A DNA stretch of 64,000 bases from an uncultured Gammaproteobacteria bacterium. GTDB lineage: Bacteria; Pseudomonadota; Gammaproteobacteria; JAURND01. The notes beneath the pieces are model-generated. The model worked only from the letters and a program-made list of their open reading frames with translations. It did no database searches and had not been told where the DNA came from. The DNA lies in contig CAVQQD010000002.1 of assembly GCA_963714975.1 (NCBI GenBank), positions 96,001 through 160,000 of the forward strand, written 5' to 3'. This document shows, piece by piece, positions 19,311-29,012 of the stretch. A program made the translations under genes and the position numbers. Positions within the stretch are counted from its first letter, which is position 1. Every line of letters begins with the position of its first letter.

Positions 19311-21462
19311 ATAAATGATTATTGTGAATATGGTGCAGGATTTCAAGAAGACCGAAATAAAATAGGTCGTTATACCAACCTTTTGGCATGGGAATTCCGT
19401 TTCGCCCTGAAACCTACCCGAGAAAATATCAACAAGGCAGTTGATGCTGCGCTGCCAGTATTATTTTCCTCCGATTGGCAAGGAGTTGAGCCTGATTTTA
19501 AATTTTACCTTTTAAATAATTTACGTAACCTGTTGCCGAAAGAAACAGGTTACGAAGGACCTTATGTTAACCTCGATAACCCCTCTGATCGCGATCAACG
19601 CGGAAAGGAATTCTGCGTTTATATGTTGCAAGATTCCAGGGGACAATTCGAAAGAACTCCTGCTGAATTTAAAGAGCTTATTTTAAAGCTCTGGAAAGCA
19701 TTCCGAGATAGCGGTGTTGAAATAGGCTATATCAGCCCGCAAATTGGCGATCGCGCTTTGCCTTGTGATCCGGGACTTACAACCCCAGTTTCTTATTCCT
19801 ACACGGCACATGTGAGAAGATGGGATGCCATAACCAATCCTTTTTGGGAAGAAATTCGCAGGGTGGGCCTACCTTTAACAGATGATGATTTTCGGCTTAA
19901 TGATTTAGAGTTTAATAAAACCCAAACATTATATACGCAGCGTGCGACAGAGGAACTTCAAGGACACCGCGATCCTCTTGCCGGTGTACAGATTTCTGCA
20001 GCAGATTTAAGTCGTCATGGTATTCATGCGCAAGCACCCATCGAGATGCAGGCTGCCAAAGTCAAATATTTACAAAACCATTATACCCAAGCGGTGCAAG
20101 ATATCTCGCGGGATTTGCAAGCACAGAAAGCAAAGCCGTCTTCGTTTGAAAAATCTTTGCAAAAGCTTCAAGCCCTAGCTTCGGGCACTGACCTTGAGGA
20201 TAGTAAAGAAACTCGAGTTATTGATGAAAATGGACATGTCACAGAGGCAGGATTAGCTCTGGTGTGTCAAGGTGGCAACAGTACCTTATTTGATTCATTG
20301 AATAAATTACTTGCTCGTCCGGAACCGATAACTTGGCAAGAGTTAGAGAACTTACAGTTAGCCCAAGGGCATAATCAGGACTATCAAAGAGATTTTGATG
20401 TGTGGATAAAAAAAGCGAGAATAAACCAAGGAGGCACACCGCCTGTTTATGCCGTTGACAAGGCAGACTTATTAAAATCGTTTGGTAAAGTCGCTTTTTT
20501 AAGAAAATACCGAGAATATGTATCAGATGTGGAAAACATCATTCATCATTTCCCTCCTAGCTACTATGGAGGAATGCTGCAGCCAAATGACCTTGTAGCG
20601 GATCTAAATAATTTTTTTAATTTAAGTTCTGCAGCTTGTAAAAAATTTGATGTTATTAAGTTCAAGAATGGGTATTTACCAGTAATACGAGCAAAGCAAA
20701 CTTCCCCCGAATTTAAGCCAGGTCTGCAAGGAATAATCGATCAATTTAATGCTGATCAGAATATCAAAAAATTCTTAACGGATAATGGAATAACTGATGA
20801 TAAATTGGCCGACATGGTCACACAAGATCCCTGGGACATGGAAATATTTTATCGCCGCTTAAGGGAATTAAAGAAAGAACGCTATTTTCTCCACCAAGAA
20901 TCTTATCGTTTATGGACCATGGCATTGAAAAAAGGTGATTTTGCTAGCTTGCGTTGGAAGACAGTCTATCCGGCATTGATTATAGCTTTGCTTGTTCCTG
21001 TCGGAACTGGTGTGGCATTTTCGAAATTCAGTCTGCAAGAGCTTACCCATGATTTTATTACAGGCAATTCTACGCTTGATCATGTCAAAACACTGGGTCT
21101 GGCAGTAGCCGGCGCTTTTATAATTGCAGCCATTGGATTCTTAATTTATAAAGGTGTCCGACATCATTATGATGAGCAATTGGTAAACGCCTGTTATGAA
21201 AAAGATGCTCACCAGGTAACTGCTGCGCTTGTTAATGGTGCTGATCCCGAGGTGATGCTTCATCAACTCGATTGGAATCTTGCTATAAGAAATAGCAATC
21301 CAGGCAATTATATTGAACCATTGCTTAAAGATCCCAACTACCCGCCCCAGATTAAAAGTGCAATTCAGTTTTTTTCTGCTCCTGATGAAGTTAAAGAGAA
21401 GGATAATAAGCTAACGATTAATCCTACTAAAGGTCTAGGTGGCCATACTGTTTAGTAAGTAA

Positions 21463-21490
21463 ATCCCCTCTCCCGCTTGCGGGAGAAGAA
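21463..21490. repeat. boxC-like hairpin repeat
   Basis: tcccctctcccgcttgcgggagaaga. Confidence 0.7.
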
Positions 21491-21705
21491 TTTAAACTTG
21501 ACTTAATAATCAGCCGAGCGCATCCTAGGCACATCTTTGTGCTACAGTTGAAATTATGTATGAGATTGTTCTCATAAAGATAAGGGATCGGGGGACACGA
21601 GTCCTCTAAATGCGGCCCATGCCCCCTGATCTTAGTTTAGCGCACCGTCAAAGGGTTAGGCCCCAATGACGATGCTAACCAAATTAACCTAAGTAAGAGG
21701 TCAAA

Positions 21706-22164
21706 ATGGCTAACTCTACTTTAACGGCTTTGCCGTTATCGGGCAACGACATTTATCGTCTTGCTCAAATATTCCACGCTAGCTTCAAACGTTACTGCGA
21801 CCTATGCGATCCCAACGAGAAAGATTATTTACGTGAAATCTCCGCGTTAGTGGGGCTTAGTTTCACGGCGATTTTGACCGATGGGCGTCTGCTATGCATC
21901 TATGAGTCTCGCCTGCAAACCTTCATACGCTACCGAGAATTTAAGGAGCATCCGGAGTATTTGCAGATGTTCTCACGGGCCATTGCGGAAATCGTTGCTG
22001 GCGGAGCTTATGTTTTTAGCTTTGTGAAATATCCAGTCTACCATGAAGAATTCTGCCGCTTGCTGCGTAAAGCGCTGAGTTATCGTCATGCGGATGTACC
22101 TTGGGAAGAATGTAACCGGTTTATGGATTTGCTTTCGCAGAAAAAACGGACCGGTTTGTTCTAA
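21706..22164 (+). CDS. Hypothetical protein, 152 aa, behind a structured leader
   Basis: AAGAGG RBS, clean ORF; no family recognised. Confidence 0.7.
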   Translation: MANSTLTALPLSGNDIYRLAQIFHASFKRYCDLCDPNEKDYLREISALVGLSFTAILTDGRLLCIYESRLQTFIRYREFKEHPEYLQMFSRAIAEIVAGGAYVFSFVKYPVYHEEFCRLLRKALSYRHADVPWEECNRFMDLLSQKKRTGLF

Positions 22165-22300
22165 AATAATAACCTTGAAATATGGGGTTCCTACAGCTTG
22201 TGGGGACCTCTTGTTTTAAGCCAAGTCTGTTTCTGTCCTCGCATTCCTGTGCTACACTTTTGCCTCGAACCCTACGCAACCACTCACCTGAGGGGCTTTC

Positions 22301-23595
22301 ATGCACCTACCTGTCAATTCCGATGATTTTAGAGAAATTATTGAGAAGAAATTCGACTTCGTTGATAAGACTTTATGGATTCAAGAAATTCTGGATGAAA
22401 TTTCAGTCACAGTCATGGCAATCACCCGCCCACGTCGTTTTGGTAAGACCTTAAATTTATCGATGTTGCACTATTTTTTGGCAGCAGAGGTTGATGGACG
22501 TAAAACTCAAGGCTTATTTGATGGCTTGAAAATTGCTGCCTTAGGTGAAAAATACATGCAGCATCAAGGAAAATATCCCGTCATTTTTATCACCTTTAAG
22601 GAGGTTAGGGATCATGACTTTTCTATTGCCTATTCCAATTTAATTAACCTGCTACATCGCGTTTACCGCCAGCACAATTACTTAACTGATAGCCCACGCT
22701 TATCTCCTGCAGAAAAAGAAAAATTTAAAATTATTTTAGAACGAAAGGGCAGTCGAGGAGACGTAAATTCAGCGTTGCTTGATTTATCTTATTATTTATA
22801 TCAGCATCATGGCGCCAAAGTTTGGTTGCTTATTGATGAATATGATACCCCCATTCAATCCGCTTTTTTAAATAACTACTATGATGAGGTTACCTCATTA
22901 ATGCGCAGCTTATTGGGTGCTGCGTTAAAAACCAATCCCTATCTCGAAAGAGCAGTAATAACCGGTATTTTACGTATCGCGAAAGAAAGTTTGTTTTCAG
23001 GGTTAAATAATATAGAAGTTTATACTTTACTACATTCTAACTATGGTGAATATTTTGGTTTTACCGAATCTGAAGTCAATGCATTGCTAAATCAAGCAGG
23101 TTTGGATAAAGAGGCTGTGGCAATTCGTGATTGGTACAATGGCTATAAATGTGGCAACACGATTATTTACAACCCCTGGTCTATTGTGCACTGTATTAAA
23201 CGCCAAGGAGAACTACAGCCGTATTGGGTCAATACCAGCGGCAACGATTTAATTAAGCATTCGTTGGCAGTTGGTGGGCTGCTTTGAAAGAAAACCTTAA
23301 ATTACTTTTGTCAGGGCAAGCAATAGAGGCTTTAATTAATGAGAATATGGTTTTTGGTGATTTGGAACGAGATCAGGATGCTTTGTGGAATTTGTTGTTA
23401 TTCAGTGGTTATTTAAAGGTCATAAAATCAGAGCGTATTAGAGCGCATTGGCAATGTTTACTTGTGCCGCCTAATTATGAAGTAACAATGCTTTATGAAG
23501 ACATTATCCAAGAATGGTTTACCAGCACCTTAGGCAAAAGCAATTACGACTCCTTTTTAAATAGCCTGACACGTGGTGATGTGGAAGAATTGTGA
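22301..23595 (+). pseudogene. AAA-ATPase-like/PD-(D/E)XK gene copy 1, frameshifted and 3'-truncated
   Basis: TRPRRFGKT Walker A, LIDEYD Walker B; 1-nt deletion near 23278 relative to copy 2; homology ends at 23591. Confidence 0.9.
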
Positions 23596-23611
23596 GCTCA
23601 AACTGAACTGA

Positions 23612-23835
23612 AGTCCCGCCGCCCGTCTACGGGGTCCTGCCGCGCGGACAACCCGCCGTGCTCGTAGCTTTCAGGAGACCAGCCTACGCAAGTTGGCAGA
23701 CGAACCTGCTTCTGAGATCGGAAAATACATCCCTGTATTTTACGGTCTGCCAACTTGCGTAGGCTGGTCTCCTGACGCTACTGCGCGCAGCGGTGTTGCC
23801 TCACGCGTCACCCCTTCGGCTGCACCGCGTGACCT
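23612..23835. repeat. GC-rich palindromic element with a 31-bp perfect inverted repeat
   Basis: Arms 23671-23701 and 23745-23775; inner aaatacatccctgtattt hairpin; left flank related to 24095-24135 (inverted) and 59660-59720. Confidence 0.75.
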
Positions 23836-24171
23836 CCTGGTTGAGAAAAAAATTTGAGAGCCTCCTCAAGTATGTGAAAATTCAGGATATTTTATTTCAC
23901 CGAGAATTGCCGTCATTATTCTACAATTTAAAAATTTTATCAGAGCAAGATGTGTAAATATGTACACTATTCATTGATTGTCATTGATCCGTGTTAATTC
24001 AGCCCAAAAACAATAAAAATTGAGAGGAAATCGCAAAATCAGGAGTTGGAGTCAACAATTCCCGCTCTGCAGCGGGACCCCAAACGCGCGCAGGAACGAG
24101 CACGGTGGGGTGCCGCAGCGGCAGGACCCGTCGGGGATCAGGGCATCAGCGGGAATTGCTGCAATCCAAAG

Positions 24172-25560
24172 CTAATCAGTGTAAACACCATAAATTACTG
24201 ATATTTTACTGTATTTTTTCATTTTGCAGAAAAATCGATAGCATAACAAACCACCACTCATTAAAGCACCACAGAACATCCCCCACCAAAATCCAGTCAC
24301 ACCAATCGATGTCATATGAACCAGACCATAGCCAATCGGCACAGGAATCAACCAAAAACCCATCAACGTAGACAATAATGGGAAGCGAGTATCTTTTAGA
24401 CTGCGCAATGCGCCAAACCAGGCAATACGAATGCTTTCTGCAATTTGAAATAGTGAACTAACCTTAAATAACGCAATAATCATAACCACTATAGCGGCTG
24501 TTTCGACTTGGTGAGGGTTAAAATCAACCGCAATGAAGATCAAAGGGCAGCACCAAAATAAAATAGCCACAATCACCATCGATCCACCCGCTGTGATAAC
24601 TCCACAAATTGCTGCACGCTTCGCACGGTAAAGCTCATTTGCACCTATTAAATGCCCCATTCTCACCGTAATGGCTTGAGCAATGGCAAAAATTAATGAC
24701 ATCCAGGTCCCCATGTATTGTAAAGCCACTTGATTTGCGGCCATCCACTCACTACCACTGGTTGCTCCTACCATTAACGTTAATGCTAGAAAAAACGCCA
24801 CTTCTATACAATACATTACCCCCATAGGTAACCCTAAACTCAACAGTTCTTTTAGCAATGCCAACAAGCGCTTTACGTGAGAAAAAAAATTAAAATAGCA
24901 TCGTAACTTCGCCTGAAGTCCTACAAAACTACCCAAAATAATGACCATGAGACAAGAGCTGATGGTGATTCCCCAACCAGCACCCGCAATACCCAGTGCA
25001 GGAAAACCCCATTCTCCAAAAATGAGAGAGAAACTCAAACTAATAGTGAATAACAGGGACAATAGTGTAAACATGAGGACTATGCGCCCCTGCCCTAATC
25101 CAACCAATACTTCCACTAAAGCGATAAAAAATAGGTTTGGCAACAAGCCAAACGCTAATGCATGTAAATATTGTTCTGTTAAAGACACGATAACAGGGGA
25201 TTGTCCAAGATACAGCAAGGCAGGTGATATATTCCAAAATAAGAGAATCGTGGGTAATGCTAAAACCAGCGCTAAGTACAAACCCGCTTGTGCAACCTCA
25301 CCAATCCCTTGGGTGTCTTTAGCGCCATAACGATGAGATACCAACACATTGATAGCACTTAATGTACCAAACGCAATTACGACTAAAGAACCAAATAACC
25401 AACTGGCAATGGCACCTGCAGCTAAACTATCTGCTCCTAACCGCGCTAAGAATAATGTCTCAAAAAAAGGCACTAGCACTTGCGACAGTGCTGTTAAAAC
25501 TAAAGGGAATGCTAATCGCCATAATGGCCATACGTCATGCTTAAAATAAGAAGCTAGCAT
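24172..25560 (-). CDS. MATE family efflux transporter
   Basis: LAFPLVL, LGADSLAAGA, GIAGAGWG, LGLPMG, GALRSLKDT. Confidence 0.92.
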   Translation of the reverse strand: MLASYFKHDVWPLWRLAFPLVLTALSQVLVPFFETLFLARLGADSLAAGAIASWLFGSLVVIAFGTLSAINVLVSHRYGAKDTQGIGEVAQAGLYLALVLALPTILLFWNISPALLYLGQSPVIVSLTEQYLHALAFGLLPNLFFIALVEVLVGLGQGRIVLMFTLLSLLFTISLSFSLIFGEWGFPALGIAGAGWGITISSCLMVIILGSFVGLQAKLRCYFNFFSHVKRLLALLKELLSLGLPMGVMYCIEVAFFLALTLMVGATSGSEWMAANQVALQYMGTWMSLIFAIAQAITVRMGHLIGANELYRAKRAAICGVITAGGSMVIVAILFWCCPLIFIAVDFNPHQVETAAIVVMIIALFKVSSLFQIAESIRIAWFGALRSLKDTRFPLLSTLMGFWLIPVPIGYGLVHMTSIGVTGFWWGMFCGALMSGGLLCYRFFCKMKKYSKISVIYGVYTD

Positions 25561-25902
25561 TGGCTAAACCTCACGACTCTGCTGACACCTAGGCTAGCAG
25601 AGCTTGAATAGATGCTGTTTTGCTTTCACCACATCCCTGACTAGTTTTATAATGCTCTCCATCACAAGAATCGTATTTTATCACACTTGTTGCATCAAAA
25701 TTAGTTAAAATGATCGAATAAACGTATAATATGCCTAAAAAATGCCCGAAAGAAAGTATCCGGGTATTATTAAGCCTTATGTGGAAGCCTTTTCCCTTCT
25801 CTGAAGTAGTTAAGGCGTATCGATCTGAAGAATGGGAGAGGATCACATCGAGTTAAATGGGGCGAGCTAACAAAATAAGGTCGGTAAAATCGGGTGAGAA
25901 TC

Positions 25903-27693
25903 ATGAAAAATACCACGCATCACTCAGTCACTCATTTTGTCATGAGTCTTCTCAAGCCTTATAAAGGCTATCTTGCGATTTTTGCTGTGGTTGCATTATT
26001 TTGGGCGATCACGAATACACTGCTACCCTATATTCTTAAACTCATCATAGATAAGGCCACTGGATTTCAAGGCGATAAGATTTCTGCTTTTACTAGCATT
26101 GAACCTTATATTTTCTTATACATCTTCTTATGGATAGGCTTATGCTTTAATATGCGGCTTTTAGATTTGGCTAAGCTCAAATTATTTCCTAGTCTTAGAC
26201 AAGACGCGATGTCAAAGATGTTTACTTATTTAAACCAACACTCCCATCAGTATTTTCAAAACAATTTTTCGGGAAGCTTGATTAATAAAATCGTCGATAT
26301 GCAAGGAGGTGTTGTTGATATCTTGACTATCTTAGATGATGTTTATGCCCAATTATTAGGTCTTACTATTGCCACTATCACGTTGCTATTCCTCCATCCT
26401 TTGTTTGCAGTGATTTTACTTTCCTGGGTGGTTTGTTTTCTGCTAATCACTTTCCTATTTTTAAAATCAATTCGAAATCTATCCCATGTTTTTGCAGAAG
26501 CGCGTAGTTCCCTAGTAGGGAAAATGGTAGATAGCGTTAGTAATATTGTGAATATTCGCCTATTTGCCAGACATAGTTACGAAAATAATTACATTAATGA
26601 GGCGATTGCTGATACGGTACAAAAAGATCGAAATATGCAGACTAAAATTATTGTTATGCGCATCGGGTGGGACGCCAGTATTGTTGCTTTGCTGGGGATC
26701 AATCTTTGGATGTTAGGAAAAATGTACAGTCAAGATTTAGTTACGATTGGAGATTTTAGCTTTATCATTGCCTTATCTATTAGTATTTTATGGAATTTAT
26801 GGTTTATTGCAGGACAATTTGTTTCTTTTTCAGAACGAGTGGGGACATGTAGACAAGCATTATCCATTATTAATGCCGTGCACGGAATCGTAGATACACA
26901 AGATGCCAAACCTCTGGTGGTATCACAAGGTGAAATTCAATTTAAAAACGTTAGTTTTCACTACAGTGATGGTGAAAAACTGTTTCAAAATAAAAATGTG
27001 TTAATTCATTCCGGTGAAAAAGTGGGACTGGTTGGTTTTTCAGGAAGTGGAAAAAGTACTTTTGTAAACCTTATTTTAAGATTGTTTGAAGTTGAATCTG
27101 GTGTGATCACCATCGATCGTCAGAATATTAATCATGTCACACAAACTTCTTTACGCGAACACATTGCTTTAATTCCACAAGATATCTCTTTGTTTCATCG
27201 TACATTAATGGAAAATATTCGTTATGGGCGTGCAAATGCTACTGATGAGGAAGTAATTGAAGCTTCAACGAAAAGCAATTGCCACGAATTTATTAGCCAA
27301 CTCAGTGAAAAATATCAATCCATGGTGGGAGAACGTGGCATAAAATTATCCGGTGGACAACGTCAGCGAGTTGCTATTGCGCGAGCCATACTAAAAAATG
27401 CACCTATTCTGGTTTTAGATGAAGCTACTTCTGCACTAGATTCAGTCACTGAAAAATATATTCAAGATGCTTTACACCATTTAATGCAGAACAAAACGAC
27501 CATCGTAATCGCACATCGTTTATCCACACTTGCTGCAATGGATAGGATCTTAGTGTTTGACGATGGTAAAATTATTGAGGATGGGACACATGCAACACTC
27601 ATGCAATTAAATGGACATTATGCCAATTTATGGCATATGCAAGTGGGAGGATTTTTACCTGATCTGCATATAAAAGGGCAAATAGATGATTGA
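25903..27693 (+). CDS. ABC transporter, fused permease and ATPase
   Basis: N-terminal TM domain, GFSGSGKST, LSGGQRQR, LDEATSALD, AHRLST. Confidence 0.95.
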   Translation: MKNTTHHSVTHFVMSLLKPYKGYLAIFAVVALFWAITNTLLPYILKLIIDKATGFQGDKISAFTSIEPYIFLYIFLWIGLCFNMRLLDLAKLKLFPSLRQDAMSKMFTYLNQHSHQYFQNNFSGSLINKIVDMQGGVVDILTILDDVYAQLLGLTIATITLLFLHPLFAVILLSWVVCFLLITFLFLKSIRNLSHVFAEARSSLVGKMVDSVSNIVNIRLFARHSYENNYINEAIADTVQKDRNMQTKIIVMRIGWDASIVALLGINLWMLGKMYSQDLVTIGDFSFIIALSISILWNLWFIAGQFVSFSERVGTCRQALSIINAVHGIVDTQDAKPLVVSQGEIQFKNVSFHYSDGEKLFQNKNVLIHSGEKVGLVGFSGSGKSTFVNLILRLFEVESGVITIDRQNINHVTQTSLREHIALIPQDISLFHRTLMENIRYGRANATDEEVIEASTKSNCHEFISQLSEKYQSMVGERGIKLSGGQRQRVAIARAILKNAPILVLDEATSALDSVTEKYIQDALHHLMQNKTTIVIAHRLSTLAAMDRILVFDDGKIIEDGTHATLMQLNGHYANLWHMQVGGFLPDLHIKGQIDD

Positions 27694-28447
27694 TCCAAAA
27701 AAAACAGTCACACAACTTTGTGAACATAAATATAGCGACGCACGTGTCATAGTTTGGGCCGGATCCGTTGCAGCTGGCAGCAGTTACACCAATCACTCCG
27801 ACTTGGATATTATCGTTGTTTTTGATCGGGTTCAGAATGCTTATCGCGAAGCCTTCTCCCATGACGGCTGGAAAGTAGATGCTTTCATCCATGACACGGA
27901 AACATTACGTTATTTTTTTGAAGAAATAGATAGAAAATCAGGGATACCCGCATTACCACACATGGTACTGACTGGCATTTTGATGACAGCTCCATCGCCA
28001 TTATCAGAGGAAATAAAAAAATTGGCTTCTAAAACTATAGATGCAGGCCCACCAACATGGAGCCGAGAGCAGCTGGATAGATCAAGATTCGTAATAACAG
28101 ATATTCTCGATGATATTGTATGTTCACAAAATCGTGCGGCACAAATAGCCTCTACGGCTAGACTTTATGAGTTATTGGCAGAATTTTATTTCCGTGCTCA
28201 AGATAAATGGTCTGCTAACGGAAAAACAATATTACAATTTTTGAAAAAACAAAATTATGATTTAGCTTGTTTGTATCGAGATGCTTTTGATGACGTATTC
28301 AAGCACGGCCATACTCAGCTGCTCAATGAATTAGCTTGTAAAATTTTAGAACCCTATGGCGGTTTACTATGGGATGGGTATCATGCAGATGCGCCAAAAG
28401 AATGGAGGAGGATTGACTATGATTCGCTTTATCAAAAAACCATTTGA
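27686..28447 (+). CDS. Nucleotidyltransferase domain protein (pol-beta superfamily)
   Basis: AGSVAAG...SDLDIIVV...KVDAF motif. Confidence 0.85.
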   Translation: MIDPKKTVTQLCEHKYSDARVIVWAGSVAAGSSYTNHSDLDIIVVFDRVQNAYREAFSHDGWKVDAFIHDTETLRYFFEEIDRKSGIPALPHMVLTGILMTAPSPLSEEIKKLASKTIDAGPPTWSREQLDRSRFVITDILDDIVCSQNRAAQIASTARLYELLAEFYFRAQDKWSANGKTILQFLKKQNYDLACLYRDAFDDVFKHGHTQLLNELACKILEPYGGLLWDGYHADAPKEWRRIDYDSLYQKTI

Positions 28448-28862
28448 TGACCTCAGTAAAGAAGAGCTCTATGCAATACTCAAAATGCGTATGGAAATAT
28501 TTATGCTAGAGCAACACAGCTTGTATCTGGATTTGGATGGCAAAGATCAACAGGCTACCCATATTTTTGGCGTTCCAGAACATCACACAGAACCGGTTTG
28601 TTATGGTCGAGTGACTACAGAAAATTCAACTGCTTATATTCGCCGTATTTGTGTTCGTAAAGTTTTTCGTGAGAAAGGATTGGGCACATTATTGATGAAC
28701 CAACTTTTGTATCATATTGATACCTTGGATATTGATACCATTGAACTTGACGCACAAATTCACCTGCAAAATTTTTATGGTAAGTACGGATTTTACACGA
28801 TCGGTCAACCTTATGATGACGCCGGCATTTTACATGTGATGATGAGAAAAATTATAACTTGA
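28419..28862 (+). CDS. GNAT acetyltransferase, ElaA-like
   Basis: FDDLSKEELYAILKMR, DLDGKD, REKGLGTLLM, AQIHLQNFY, DDAGILH. Confidence 0.9.
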   Translation: MIRFIKKPFDDLSKEELYAILKMRMEIFMLEQHSLYLDLDGKDQQATHIFGVPEHHTEPVCYGRVTTENSTAYIRRICVRKVFREKGLGTLLMNQLLYHIDTLDIDTIELDAQIHLQNFYGKYGFYTIGQPYDDAGILHVMMRKIIT

Positions 28863-29012
28863 TGGCTTTTGCCACTGTATACCACCAGGCAATAGGGGGT
28901 TCCTATAGCTTGTGGGGACCTCTTGTTTTAGGCCAAGTCTGTTTCTGTCCTCGCATTCCTGTGCTACACTTTTGCCTCGAACCTTACGCAACCACTTACC
29001 TGAGGGGCTTTC

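Larger units (their letters stand above)
17438..21455 (+). pseudogene. Effector-like gene A (about 766 aa when rejoined), interrupted by an IS1380-family element
   Basis: Removing 17599-19315 restores the frame QKIN-DYCEYG...LAWEFRF, matching HKINDYRQYG...LNWEFRF of the paralogue at 30835. Confidence 0.85.

Noticed and set aside
24395-24408. Partial complement of the MGAV 15-mer (ttagactgcgc) inside the MATE gene
   Set aside because: An 11-nt match inside coding sequence is expected by chance.
25589-25846. 85-aa ORF between the MATE and ABC genes
   Set aside because: Alternative start, no RBS, no recognisable motif; it occupies the divergent promoter region.
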